A stretch of DNA of 64,000 nt, taken from assembly GCF_037042905.1 (NCBI RefSeq), contig NC_087252.1:1-64000 (forward strand), written 5' to 3'. This DNA comes from Lytechinus pictus (Eukaryota). The notes under the pieces were generated by a model. That model was not told the DNA's origin and did no database searches. It saw nothing but the letters and a program-made list of their open reading frames with translations. The stretch's first letter is position 1. Each line of letters opens with the position of its first letter. This document shows, piece after piece, positions 26,986 to 39,898 of the stretch. A program made the position numbers and the translations under genes.

Positions 26986-28070
26986 CCGTAAGTAACGGAC
27001 TATAAACCGCACCCGTGTATTAACCGCACCCCCAACTATGGACTAAAAAAAAAAAAAAAAAAAAAATCCTTCTCACATTTACATGCATATTTGAGGTACG
27101 AAGAAACAAAAACTAAGTTAAAGATTTCAAAGTGTTCAAAGAGATTACCGATATGTGGAAATCTGCTGTTCTTGATCAATTCATCTACAAATGTTAGCAA
27201 GAAAGAAAGGTCCCGACAATATTGGCCACTTACACACTCACTCACCTCACAGTCACAGTGTACACACACACAGCACTGCCGTTCTTGTACATTGCAAACT
27301 ACGATACGGTACCACTTACCAGTACATCTTATCAAATTGTGATCACATTTCTTGCATCACAACCTCACAATCACTTTCAGAATTTGTCTAGCATTCGATG
27401 TCTTAGCATGAATTTTGGATACGGGATTACAGGAAGGTTCAAGAAACAAAGAAATTTGCATTTTTTCCAGTTGTTTTACGGCTTTGTGCCGTCTATCTCG
27501 TGCGTGGTGCACGGTGTACATGGTATCTTATGAAAAGCAAACAGGAAAGAAAAAATAAGCTGGCGCGAAACGGGACTTTGGAGCACTGAACTAGAAATAC
27601 GTATTTCTAGTTCAGTGCTTATGGAGAGGGGTTAAAATGAATAGCGCCAGCTTAAGTCGCACTATAACCACAATACAACGCAAGCTATCGGCTCTCGGTC
27701 AGCTAGCTGTGACAAATTATTACCGAGAATGCTTGGCGTCTCTTTGAACTTAGCCAGGGAACTTCGCTGCTATGAATCGAGAATAAAGTCGAAATTAGTG
27801 TCATGAAGGTGGGTGCGTTTGTTATGGACAATATTTGATTAAGATCGTAATAATCGCTTCCCATTACCCGCGGCTCATACCCCTCTAAACGACATTGTCC
27901 TGGGCGGCTACGCCCGGCCACTCGATGTGCTGTGAACTGGCAGACGTCTTACATGTTCGGGAGGGGTTACGCGGGCGGGTTCAGACCCGTCACCGTGGAT
28001 AAACCGCACCCCTGACTTTTGCTTATATCCCGCCGAGAAAAAGGTGCGGTTAATACACCGTTACTTACGG
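26986..28070. mobile_element. pogo/Tigger-like (Tc1/mariner superfamily) non-autonomous element
   Basis: TA|CCGTAAGTAACGG ... CCGTTACTTACGG|TA; repeated AACCGCACC subterminal motifs. Confidence 0.82.
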
Positions 28071-28284
28071 TAGATATTGGATCCATGAAACCTGACTTGA
28101 AAATATATAACTAAAAAAAAGTAAACCAAACATACAGCCGCTATTCCTATGAATACTCCAGTTCAAGAGTCAAAAGATCCCCCTCGCCCCTCTCCCAAAA
28201 GAATTTCTGATAATTATTTTCACTGCAGCATGGCAAAAAAGTATAAAATATCCAAGTATTAAATATTTGAACTGTAATGCTTAA

Positions 28285-28868
28285 AGGAGAATGAAACCCT
28301 TGAAACCAGCTGAATCCATATCAAAGAGAAAAATCTAAGAAACATATTGTTGAAAGTTTGAGGAAGATTGAATGAATAATAAGAAAGTTATGAGCATTTG
28401 AATATTGAGATCACTAATGCCATGTAGATCCTCCCATTGGCAATTCTACCAAGATCTGTGATGTCACACACGTACTACTCCCTCATTACTTTAGTACTTA
28501 TTTCACTTATATTCTCACTTTTATAGAGTCTATCACAAGGTGAGGTGTTGTCTTTATGAAAGGACAAGTACAGAGGTTTCACAACATTATATCATTGATG
28601 AATCGTTTGTCATATGATTAGAATGAGCAAAAAGAGATGTTTTGGGGTATATTTTCAGTGTCCAAAAGGGGAGAGTTGTTCATCTGTGAAATCATAGATC
28701 TTGGTCGCATTGCCAATGGGAGGATCTCCATAGCATTAGTGATCTCGACATTCAAATGCTCATAACTCTTCTATTGCTAGTCCTATTTTACTCAAACTTT
28801 TGTTGATCTTATTCTTTGATTTTTCTGCTTTTACAAAAGCTAACTTGCTCCAAGAGTTTCATTCTCCT
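28285..28868. mobile_element. TTAA-flanked Kolobok-like foldback MITE
   Basis: TTAA|AGGAGAATGAAAC ... GTTTCATTCTCCT|TTAA, with long internal inverted arms. Confidence 0.78.
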
Positions 28869-29000
28869 TTAAACACTACACAGAAAATTGACTCCGAACT
28901 GACAAACGGTATGCCAATAGAAATTACATTATTAATAGATTTTGTCCGTCTTGAGACTGGAGTCTGTTTCACCATTAGAATATAAACATAGTTCCTTTAC

Positions 29001-29084
29001 CTTCTTCTTTGCCTTGCCACCGCTGCTAGACTTGGCAGCTGGCTTAGAGGACTTGGACGACTGCTTTGAATCCTTCTTAGGAGG
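29001..29084 (-). CDS. RPS25: 40S ribosomal protein eS25, exon 2
   Basis: TTTCAG|PPKKDSKQSSKSSKPAAKSSSGGKAKKK|GTAAAG; 84 nt, phase 0-0. Confidence 0.96.
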
Positions 29085-30860
29085 CTGAAATGAAATAGAT
29101 AAGTTAGCGTGGATGTGTCTCTCAATAAGGTAATTTAGCAACAGTTTTCATGGGAATTTGACATAATTTAGATGCTCATACTGTACAGCTTGGCCAAAGG
29201 ATTTCTTTACTTCCTAAAGTTTGCTTGCCTCCAGGAATTCTCTAGTACTATTATTTCTGGTTCTTTGTTACAATTTTAACAATCTACTTCCCATGAAAAC
29301 AAAAACCCAAATGTCTTTAAAAAGCAGGAACTCCTCCGGGGAGGGGGGCAGTCAATATATTGCTGTACACATGTGTGACCAAAAAACATGTTCAAGGGGT
29401 GTTTTTCAGTTTTTGACGCTGGCTGCGCGTGCACTCATTAAGGCCAAGGGTATAAAAAAACACTGATTTTCCAACAAAAAAAAGGGGGTGGTTTTGAAAG
29501 ACTGGTCAATCGCTGATGCTGGATCAAACGTATTTAGGGTATTTTTTTTCCAAGCTCTTTCCCCAGGTCATATTCTGGCGAATTGTTGAGGGGCCAAAAT
29601 GTGTAAATAAAGCCTCCGAAAAACTTGTTTAGGGGGTTACATTTTGCACACAGTCTGCACAGAGAAAAACTCTTTTAGGGGGTGTTTGGAAAATTATTTA
29701 GTCACGCATGTGTACATTAACCCCCTAAATGCTGCACGATCGCGCGCAGTCTGAAAACAAGGAGAAATAAGAAAAAAAGTTAAAATGTTTAAAAACTCCT
29801 CGAAACAGACAGCTGCCAGCATAAAGTATACCCAGTTGTTGTGTGTCTGGATCATGATGATCAATTTTACATTTTTAGAAAGTCATTTGGAAAAATTTTA
29901 AAGTGAAGTTTCATCAATTTTTAGACTTAGTATGGTCAGTTCCCCCATGTCTGCGCGGTCTCCCAAGTCTGCGCACCCGCGTATCTGCGCGATTTTAGTA
30001 AAAGAAGATACGCAACGAGCACGAACTTTACACATGCAATACATAGACAGGTATTCATAAAAAAATCCGACTCAAAATGGTGAAAAAATTATGAATTCAG
30101 GGCATTTCATGTGACGGCCTCAAAATACAGCCTTTCTCATCAAAATCCCTGAATCGTGTGCAAAGTGAATGAGGGCGCAGACATGGGGTAGTATTTTTTT
30201 TTTCAATCTGAAAATGACTGCCCGAGGTTTTTTCAAGAAAATCCCTTATTTTCTTTCATTTTTTAATGAGAAATTTGGTATACTTACTCTCAATAATATA
30301 AGGAACATTATTATCCAAAAGATTTTGTGAAATAAGAAGAAACTCATGTTAAATCTTAACTCAAATTGTTAGGTGCGCAGACTTAGGGCCCACCATCATA
30401 CTGTTAGGAAATATCATAGAGAACAAAACAGAAGATGATTACAAGTACAACTATTGAATTCATATTTTTAGTTCAATCCAAAGACAAAATAGAAGGCTTC
30501 AAAAATATAAAGTGTACTGTCCGGACACCCGACCCCCAGGCCATAGTACAGCTACATGCAGAGACAGTGCGATTGTCGTGTAGCCGAGTACGTCTACAGA
30601 CGGTATGGGCACGCAGCATGCTATGGCAATTGCCAACTACAGTAGTACAGCCAGGCCAGCTGCCCCAGCCGCGCACGCGTCGCAAAGGAACAAATTACTT
30701 GTCAAAAACACATGGTTTGCGTGGTCTTACAACACTTATTACTAAAAATAAACTCTCTTATGCACTGTTATCACTCTATACATTCACTAGGTAAATTATA
30801 TTTTCGTTAATATTATTCTTGTACTGCATAAATGTCATTTTATTAACGGTGTGTTCGTAC

Positions 30861-30863
30861 CAT
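30861..30863 (-). CDS. RPS25: RPS25 exon 1 coding part (ATG only)
   Basis: AAAATG|GTACG donor just downstream of a polypyrimidine initiator; joins exon 2 to give MPPKKD. Confidence 0.8.
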
Positions 30864-30888
30864 TTTCGCAAGGAACAAGTGTGCAGAT

Positions 30889-30897
30889 GAAAGAGGG
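30889..30897 (-). promoter_or_regulatory. TCT-type initiator / 5'TOP tract of RPS25
   Basis: CCCTCTTTC on the minus strand ~30 nt upstream of the ATG; typical of ribosomal protein genes. Confidence 0.7.
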
Positions 30898-31119
30898 CGA
30901 CTACGAAAGGATCAGTCAGTAAGTTTTTTTTTCTTCTTTTTTTCATTCCTATATTTTTTATCTTCTAGAAAATTCATATTCAAAAATATAAAATTCTGTA
31001 AAATAATATAATTATTTTTAAAAAAGCTACATCATGACGATTAAAAAGAAAATTTTGAGATAAAGAATATATGTAATTAACGTTGAATAGTCTTGATGTA
31101 TCAGACGCCTTTAAGCCTT

Positions 31120-31377
31120 GCAGACGCGACGTGAATGATCGACACGTGCAGTTCGCCACGTTCGCTTGTACGATCCCCAATAGGCTACGCTGCACCAGGC
31201 CAGGCTAGGCTAGGCCGCGCCGGACCGTATACCGTACCCGAAGCTCCGGCGACTGTCGTCAGGCTTGCCCGCTAGCACTAGACTAGAAAGGGGAAAAACC
31301 CTGAAGACGGATTGATTCTTTGTTCAGCTTGAGCTCCAGAGCCGAGGATCTGATCAGCAGGCGACGATTGATGAAAG
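31120..31377 (+). promoter_or_regulatory. CpG-rich promoter and probable non-coding first exon of MTERF4
   Basis: CpG-dense patch ending at candidate donor AAG|GTATCT (31378); the next strong acceptor before the MTERF4 ATG is at 37732; TSS not determinable. Confidence 0.5.
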
Positions 31378-31747
31378 GTATCTAACGTTAATTTCTAACA
31401 TTTGACGATTAACACGCTGTCTAACATTTACGCCATCACATCAGTCATCACACTCACAGTGAGTACTGACAAGTGACAGTGACAGGGTCAGTGACAGTGC
31501 TGCTATACTATACTAGTGGTGGCACACACTCAATTCTTATGCACAGATAAAAAAAAGATAGTGAATGAGGATTATCACGATTTCATGATAGGTTTAGTTA
31601 GTAGTATTGATTGATTGATTCATTCATTAATTTATTTCCACACTTCATAAAAAGAAACAAAACAATTTAACTTTCAAGCACAGAATATTCTTAGAAAGAC
31701 AAGTAGTGAACCACAATAAAGGTTACACTATTCAATCAACAAACACT

Positions 31748-32280
31748 CCCGGGGGGGGGGGGGGGGGGGGCACTCAGTATATAATGCATAGTGGGTATGT
31801 GCCGCGGAGGGGACCCCCATTTTTACACTCAAATTTCCGTTCCGAGGCATAGCATTTTTGTCTTATTGAGAAAAAGAACATAGAAAGCCGCTCCAGAGCA
31901 TAGCATTTTCTTCTTCTCGAGATAAAAAGAAGAAAAAAAATCCGCTCCAGGGCTTCGCATATTTTCCGTTACGCCGTTCCGGTCGCAATTTTGGTGAAAA
32001 GCGGCCGCAGTTCGCTGTCCGACCATCGCCTCTCCGCTAGCACGCCCGTGAGTCGTGCCACCGGGCTAGCTGCATGTACGTTCCATAGGGATGCATACGC
32101 ACTCGCACACAGCCGTCACAGGCGACCCGTTCCAAGGACCCCCGTTTTCTCAAACATTTGTAGTTCCAAAGCTCGTTCCGAGGACCCTCCTTTTTACAAT
32201 GAGCCCGCTCCAAGGCCCCCGTTTTTTGTCTCGCCCGCGGCACACCCCTACCACTTTTTTGGTCGAGTGCCCCCCCCGGG
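31748..32280. mobile_element. TIR element with poly-G termini and 8-bp TSD
   Basis: CAAACACT|CCCGGGGG...GCACTC ... GAGTGCCCCCCCCGGG|CAAACACT. Confidence 0.85.
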
Positions 32281-32996
32281 CAAACACTGAACAATTAAAA
32301 CAATCTTTTTTTGTGAGTACCCCTCTGGCTTGGAACCATCTCCCACCTGACACAGTGAACAGCACATCACTAGAGAGTAGAGGTGTTCAAGTCAAAGATT
32401 GAAAAGAGCTACCTACGAACACTCATTCAATGAACAAGGTTATGATATAACCTTGTTCTCAGTTACTTACATGTATATCTCCATGTCATGCATGTGTGGC
32501 AAAGTAAGGCCTAAGGGTGGCAATGTTTGGTTTATTTTTTCTTTTGGGGGGGGGGGGGGACAAATGCTTGATTTTTTTACACTGACGGTTTCCATTACAC
32601 CTATTTGTCATACAACTTGGCCCTTAAGTAAATTTGATTCTTTAAATTATTTTTTTCTTAATTAAAAATAGAGATAAGAAATGAAATTTTTTTATTACTT
32701 TCCACCAATAGGGGGCGTACACAAAAATATGCCCAAATTCAAGTGTTTGAGCGCTCTAGTGAATACAAAAATTATTCCCAAGTTACTAATGAAAAATAAA
32801 TTGCAACTGTATGGAAATTAGTAATTTTGGTCACAAAAGTGATATTTTAATGATTTTTGAAAGTGTGTGCTCTGTACAGCATTGGCATGCCACAGTCATA
32901 CCTGTAGATTCCCCACAGGCAGGGTGGTTGCAGTGAACAAGTGCCTACGAATACGATACAACTAAATATCACCGTGCCCTCTCTCACCCGCTGCAT

Positions 32997-34850
32997 TAGA
33001 TAGATAGATAGATAAATTCTATTTTCACACGGTAAAAAACCCAAACAGATTAGATACATAGTCTGATTTGCATTGGGGCCGTGCCATGAATAAAATGTAC
33101 AAAGTAAAACTAAAAGGCACCCAATCTAGTATACATGAATAATACATAAAACATAATAATCGTAATTATTACCAGGTGATAATACAAAGACGGTAAATTT
33201 ATACAAATAATTACGAATTGTAATCAAATGACAAATTGGTAATATACAGAATACCTTCAATATGAATGCATAATACAGAAAATATAACATTATTATAGGG
33301 TGAAATATTACTCGGATACATAATTATAAATGGATTAATTTGAATTATTGATAAAAAAAACTATGTCTAACAACACTGCACACTCACCCTTACACACAAA
33401 CAGATACACACCCTTTCATACACCTGTCATCATTAGGTCTCATCCCTTTGATTTAACGCATACAGGTATAACAGGGAAAAAAAGACATACCCTCCCCCAC
33501 CAACCTATCCCTTTGTGATTCATTTCCTTGAATTAGCTTATGCCCTTTTGAAACTGGTAGTGGTATTAGATTGTTGCATTTGGATTGGTAGTGAGTTCCA
33601 GCATTGAGCCCTCCTGAACTTAAAAGTTTTCTTACCAGATTCGGTTTTTGCTTGGGGGATATTTAAAGTTAGTGGACCTGACCGTGTATTATATGTATGC
33701 CTATAAAATGAAAATCTTTCAATTAAATATGTCGGTGCCTGTCCTGTCATTATTTTAAACATAATTATAGCAATGTTGTCTCTTCTGTTTTCTTGTAGCG
33801 TTACCCATTTTAATTTATTTAAATTCTCTTTGGAAGATGAATACCATGGAGATCAATTTATTATTTGGGCAGCCCTATTTTGTAGCTTTTGAAGAATTTT
33901 CTGATTAATCAACCCGCAGGTACCCCATACAGCATCGCAATAGTTAAAATGTGACATTATCAGGGAATTATAAACAATGATCAGATCCTTTTCGTCGACG
34001 AAGTTCTTTATAGACTTTAACATGAATAAACCACCATTTACTTTCTTCTGAACATAATCAATATGGTTTTGCCATGTTAAATTAGAATCAAGGATAACAC
34101 CTAAATATTTGCATTCATCTACCTTACACAATGGAGCATTATCAATATGTATCTGAAACATAGCATTTTTAATTTTACAGAGCCTTTGTTTGGTACCTAG
34201 TACAATGTACTCGGTTTTATCGATGTTTAAATGTAGTTTATTTTTAATCAGCCATTTTCTTATGTTTTCTAGATCTTCATTAATCTTAAAACATATTTCA
34301 GTGGGGCTTTTGCCTGAGCAATAAATCATCGTATCATCTGCATACAAGCTAACTTTACAATGTTTCAAAATGGACGGTAGATCATTAACAAATATGATAA
34401 AAAGTAGGGGTCCCAATATTGACCCCTGGGGAATACCACCCAGGATAAGGCGAGTTTGAGATATATGGCCACTGACTCTTGTAACCTGCCCTCTTCCTTT
34501 TAAATAATTCGTGAACCAGTTTATTGACACTCCATCCAGACCATACTGACATAGTTTATCGATTAACAATTCGTGACTTACAGTATCAAACGCTTTGCGC
34601 AGATCAAGCATTACAGCACATACAACATTCCCGTTATCAAATTCATTAAACCAATCATCGGTGATTGAAAGCAGTGTTGTCATGGTTGAATGAAGGGGCC
34701 TAAAGCCTGATTGGGAAGCATTCAAGAGATGATGAGAATTAAAGTAATTGTACAATTGGTTAAAAACTATTCTTTTTAAGATTTTTGATAAGATCGGTAA
34801 AATAGAAATGGGTCTAAAATTATTAAGTTCATTAGAGCCTCCTTTGTACC
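32997..34850 (-). mobile_element. 5'-truncated L2/CR1-group LINE (reverse transcriptase to 3' tail)
   Basis: Motifs NFRPISILP, LDLRKAFDTV, GIPQGSILGPLLF and YADDT; in-frame continuation after one TGA at 33853-33855 (LKWVTLQENRR...WNSLP); (TCTA)n tail. Confidence 0.92.
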
Positions 34851-35574
34851 AATTGGTCCAGCAGTGAACACATCCATATCCAGAATACAGTGTAAAGATG
34901 ATGATTACAAAATACAGTACAATATATTTCAATGCATAAAGAAAACATACACTACACAAGTCAATACTTCTACTTCTAGTATTTCTACGACAATACTCAG
35001 CAGGATCCATAAGTCAGGATGTAGTGCTAAGGAAATATCTTGGGTGCTCATCTGCAGTGCATACTTGTTGGTGCCTTTAAAACATTGTGCTGTTTGTGCA
35101 AGTAAAAATCTAGTAAATCAATACTACAATACCAACCAAAATGTGAACAATACTTAAATCAGACAAGAAGAGAAACAGTATAATGTAGATGTGGGGATCA
35201 TTTAAAAAGTTAAAAACTTTTAACATAATCCCAATTTTGTCAATAAAAGTTTGAGTTTTGCAGAGAAAGACTAGAAAAAAAAATGTAATTGAGGTACATG
35301 TATTAACTTAATCTAGGATTCTAGGAAATTAGAGTTTTTTTGTAGAAGAAATGTTTTAAGTTTATATTTGAATACATTAAGGGATAGTGAACTTTTTTAA
35401 TCTTCACTCCTTCAGGGAGGCTGTTCCAGAATACAGGACCATTATGAATTATTGACTTTGGGATAAGGATAATTTCCCACATGAAACACAGTAATCAGAT
35501 TTTCTTCTAGTATCATAATTGTGAATATTAGAATTTTACAAAATAAAGAATAAAAATTTATTGGAAGTAATTTC

Positions 35575-36030
35575 TACCAACCCTGGTTATCCTACAGGAG
35601 AAATAGAGCGGATATGATCCAAATGTTTAAGATTATTCAGGGCATAGATGATTTGGACTGTACAAATATCTTCAAACTTGACACTCAACCTCGGACAAGA
35701 GGCCATTCTAGAAAACTAATCAAGTTAAGAGCACATTCAACACTCAAGCAATGGGATTTCTCGCAACGAGTAATCAACCTATGGAATGACTTACCTTCTG
35801 AGGTCGTAAACAGCAGTATGAATTCATTCAAATCAAATCTAGAGAAGGCCTGGAAAACCAAGTTTAATCGTTTCGACCCAGACACAGAATTTTCATAAAT
35901 CGTCCAAACCCACACATGCATGTAAAATTGTTACGTTTATAACTGAGGACAAGTTCTAAGAAGATGCAGAGGGGCAAATAAGTCTTCTATACTTTATGCC
36001 CAACATCAAGGTAAATCAAGGTTAATCAAA
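35575..36030 (+). mobile_element. CR1-like LINE 3' fragment
   Basis: RADMIQMFKII...RTRGH..KL...FSQRVINLWNDLP...FK; abuts an opposite-strand LINE relic (GPVFWNSLP at ~35410-35445). Confidence 0.8.
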
Positions 36031-37757
36031 TATATATTATAGGATTTTCTTGGAAAAAAGCTCAGGACATGCAGGAGGTCATTTTCAGATTGAAAAAAAA
36101 TGGTACCCCCTGTCTGCGCACCCATTCACTTTGCACACGATTCAGGGATTTTGATGAGAAATGCTGCATTTTGAGGCCATCACATGAAATGCCCAAAATT
36201 CATTATTTTCCCACCATTCTGAGTCAGATTTTTTAAATGAATATCTGTCTATGTATTGCATGTGTAAAGTCTGTGTTCTTTGCGTATCTTCTTTTACTAG
36301 AATCGCACAGGTACGCGTGTGCGCAGACAACCAGGACTGTGCAGACTTTGGGGAACTTGCCAATTTGCCATACATGCTGAATGAAACTGAACTTCTGTTC
36401 TGAAGTGAAAATGAAATTCAAGCGTGTCTGAGTGTGGAAATCGGACAACAATAATCAGATTGAGCTGAGCTGTGGCTGTGCTGTGTCGAGTGTGTTGGTG
36501 GCTATGCACAGTCAAGTGTGCAGTTGTTTTCATTCAGTTTAAACTTTGATTAGGCCTAGTCTAGTATATAAGGAATTCATTATTGCCTGAAAAATACCTG
36601 AGGCCTGGCTGTGTCTTGGATCAAAATCCATGCTTGGTTTATTAGAATTTAGCTTATTTTATTTTTGCTAATTTTTCTGCAATTATGCAATTTTTTTTAA
36701 AAGAAAAGTAAAAAAGTTAAGAATCTTAACTTAATGATAAATTAGATACCAGTTGTAAAAATCATATAATGTGTGCTTACTCTCCACGGAGCCAGGGATT
36801 GTGTCCCATTCATGTGCGTGTACCGCAAAAAAAAACTTTCGCCCCCAAGATTTCTACTTCTAAAAGATCCATCCCTAAATCATGTAAATGGGATACAACT
36901 TCATTTCCGACATTTCTACGATATTGATTTCATTTTTAAACAAGAATTCATTAAAAAAAACAAGAAAAATATTATGAAAAGACGGGGAAAACTTGCGCGA
37001 TGTTTACGTCGCCATCTTGTTTCTTTTTGTTCTCCCCCAATGTTACCCCAGGGGAAATTTCAACCAAGTTTATGCTTTTGAAATTTGAAATGTCATCATA
37101 ACTTAAAATAAATGGATCTAGTCATGACACTTTTAGGGTAATGAAGTGACCCTGATCAATTTAGGTAGCTGTAGGGGCACGTCCAGCCCATGCCCTCCCT
37201 TTTGAGAGGCGCAAAAAATATTTTCTATTATGCAAAGTCATATGCAAGGGTTTCTTTTTTTTTTTGGCTCATCAAATTTTTCCTGTGCAAAAATGGCATG
37301 CCCCTCCCCATTTTGATAATCCTGGATCTGTCCCTGCATAAGTTTCAGGTCACGATCAAGATAGGACATTTCAGGTCATCAAACTTTATAGTATGTTATT
37401 ATCAAATGAATTTTCAGGAGTGAAAAATTGTTCTTTGCTTAGTAGTTTTCTAAGTCGGCAACTCGGCTCTACCACGTCCTGTATTGAATCACATAATACA
37501 GTTGAGACTGTGAGAGATGTTGAAATTTAGAGTCACTTTTCCAAAAGATACATTACAACCCAAAGAGTGTACAATCACATAGGGCACAAAATACTCGACA
37601 CCACTGAGAGGCACATTGAGGTACATGAACGCAGCATCCAAGGCCATCATATGGGATTCATTTAATCCTTAGGTGTCAGTTCAGTGTGATTAAGAGATAA
37701 CCATTTTCTTTTTGTTTCTTTCATTGATTCAGGATGAAGTAAAGACCTAAGTCAATC

Positions 37758-38658
37758 ATGGCTGGTACTAGATATTTGGCTTCACCTGTCCTTCTGAGAC
37801 AGATTCTGTTCTGTGGAGAGCTGCAGAGACATCTCCTCTTTCCATTGAAGTCAAGACACCAACAAACTATTTCATCAAGTCACATCCATCATTCTACAAT
37901 GGGAAGACTATGCTCTGGTCGCACTTCTACAGAGATGATAGGAAACCTGTTCCTGTCAAGGAAGAGGATGGTGTGTTCCCCTGATGTAGGGGCGAGTTAT
38001 CCATTTCCATTAAATCTTCAAACTTCTGTATTTTGCAACGTTTGGAATACAAAGTGTGAACTCCATGATGCAGCCCCTTTTTCTTCAGATATCATTAGCC
38101 CCAGTCCAAGTAGCACTGATGTCAAGTCCAAAGTAATTACTTTCATAGAAAGTGAAGATGATTTGGATACCTTCATGAGCCAAGTCACATCAGAATTGAA
38201 TTTATCAGAACCTTCAACATCTGTGCAGATTCTCAGACCACTTGTTCAAAAGCTTGTTAGTATGGATTGTGATTGCAGAGGCATATCTGCAATGCTAGTA
38301 GCTAATCCCAGGATACTCTCTGTGCAGATGGGTAGACTTCTTGGCAACATTGATTATCTTCATATGCTTGGATTGAACTATAGGCAGTTGTTGAAGACCC
38401 TTGATGGAAACGCAAGATTGTGGAAGGCATCGCTTCAGAATCTTCAGAGTAGAGTCAAGCAGCTCAGGAAGTTTGGGTTTGTGGAAGGGCAACTGCAAAG
38501 GTTGATTGCCGATTGGCCACATGTACTGACCATGGGTAGTGTCCAGTTGAATACTGTGGTCAAGTTACTGATGGAGAAGTGCAGATTCCCCAGGGCGGAA
38601 GTCTTGACCATATTATCAGACAGTCCAGCAATCTTGAAAGAAGACCTAGAGAGTATTG
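37758..38658 (+). CDS. MTERF4: Mitochondrial transcription termination factor family member 4, first coding exon
   Basis: Acceptor at 37732; presequence-like N-terminus; mTERF-type repeats (NPRILS, WPHVLT, SPAILK); donor G|GTAAG, phase 1. Confidence 0.85.
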
Positions 38659-38678
38659 GTAAGATTTGTAGAGTCAAT

Positions 38679-38972
38679 GGCCCGTATTCTGAAGTCGGGT
38701 TTAACTTAGACCATGGTCTAACTCTGTGCTAAAATTATGGGAAGCCAAAAGTTTCAAAATTTTGTTTACAGTGAATGCTTCTCATGTTTATTGTGCTCTT
38801 TACTATTTTATTAATGGTTAAGACAACTGTCAATATCCTACCCAGGCATTTAATGTTTTGGGAGTCAAATGAGCTGATACATTGAACCTCTACTGTTATA
38901 GATTTATGTAACAACTGGCTTTCCATAGTTAAACCAGAGTTTAAATTAAACCCGACTGCAGAATACAGGCCC
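38679..38972. mobile_element. MITE (Harbinger-like termini) in the MTERF4 intron
   Basis: GGCCCGTATTCTGAAGTCGGGTTTAA ... TTAAACCCGACTGCAGAATACAGGCC; inverted related copy near 47290-47578. Confidence 0.65.
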
Positions 38973-39425
38973 ATGTATTTCTATTACCCTCCACCAGTGC
39001 CGGTTCCTGCTGATTACTACATCAGGCCACATTGTTGGTATATGATGGTAAAACCATCCAAAGTATTGCATCCAATACCCCCCCCCCTTCCCCCTCCCCC
39101 CTTGTCTTTCCTTTCATTATGTAGCTTCTTCCTGATTATCAATCAACACCAAACTTCAGTCCTTTGCCCTTTATTCCAGTTTTCTCTCATCAAAAATATT
39201 ATAGCATAGATATGTGTATGGTAGAAAAGGTAATAATCCTGTTTTTGAAAGGAAGATTGATCAATTATACAGTAACTGAAACTGACCTATGGTATGTCAT
39301 TGGAAGTAACATAAAAGCTTTGGACAGTCTGGAGTCGGCTTTGGCATTGTAACTATCATTAGAGAGCAAAACATTCTTTTAATAAACCTGCACAATTTTT
39401 GTTTACACAATTTTTTTTCTTACAG

Positions 39426-39898
39426 AACTTCGTTTCCAGTATTGCTACTTCAGGATGGGTATCCAGAACAACTCCGAGATGACTCAAGCCAAGATCTTCA
39501 AGTACTCCCTTGATCACCTACGCTGCAGACACCTTATCCTTGAGAGACTAGGTCTGTATGCTCCACCCAACAATAGAGGGCACTTTGCCACAAAGAACCC
39601 AAGCTTGTCAAGGATCATTGATAGCTCTGATGGACGGTTTACAGAGAAGGTTGCCAAGATCACTCTGGAAGAATATGAAGCCTTCAGCAAGATTCTCCTG
39701 GAGGAAATCAAGGTTGAACAGTTCAACATAGACCATCTTGGTGGAGGAAATCTTGATGAGTTCACAGATGAAGACAGCCATTATGATGATAGTGATGATA
39801 GTATTGACTCTGATAGTGAGTTTTGGGATACAGATGATACTGTCTCTCAAACACAACCATTTGACTTTGACAAAGTTGATTACAGAAAGAAAAGGTGA
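39426..39898 (+). CDS. MTERF4: MTERF4, last coding exon
   Basis: TACAG|(E)LRFQYCYFRMGI...RHLILERLGLY..P...NPSL..I....F.....LEEYEAFSKIL plus acidic tail; matches the MTERF4 C-terminal signature. Confidence 0.9.

Noticed and set aside
29940..36355. Inverted pair of ~250-bp sequences (29940-30190 and 36105-36355) flanking the promoter region
   Set aside because: No shared TIR or TSD defining one large element; most simply two diverged copies of a dispersed repeat.
38659..38732. C-terminal extension of the 324-aa ORF
   Set aside because: Read-through past the GTAAG donor into intron and MITE; the real frame continues at 39426.
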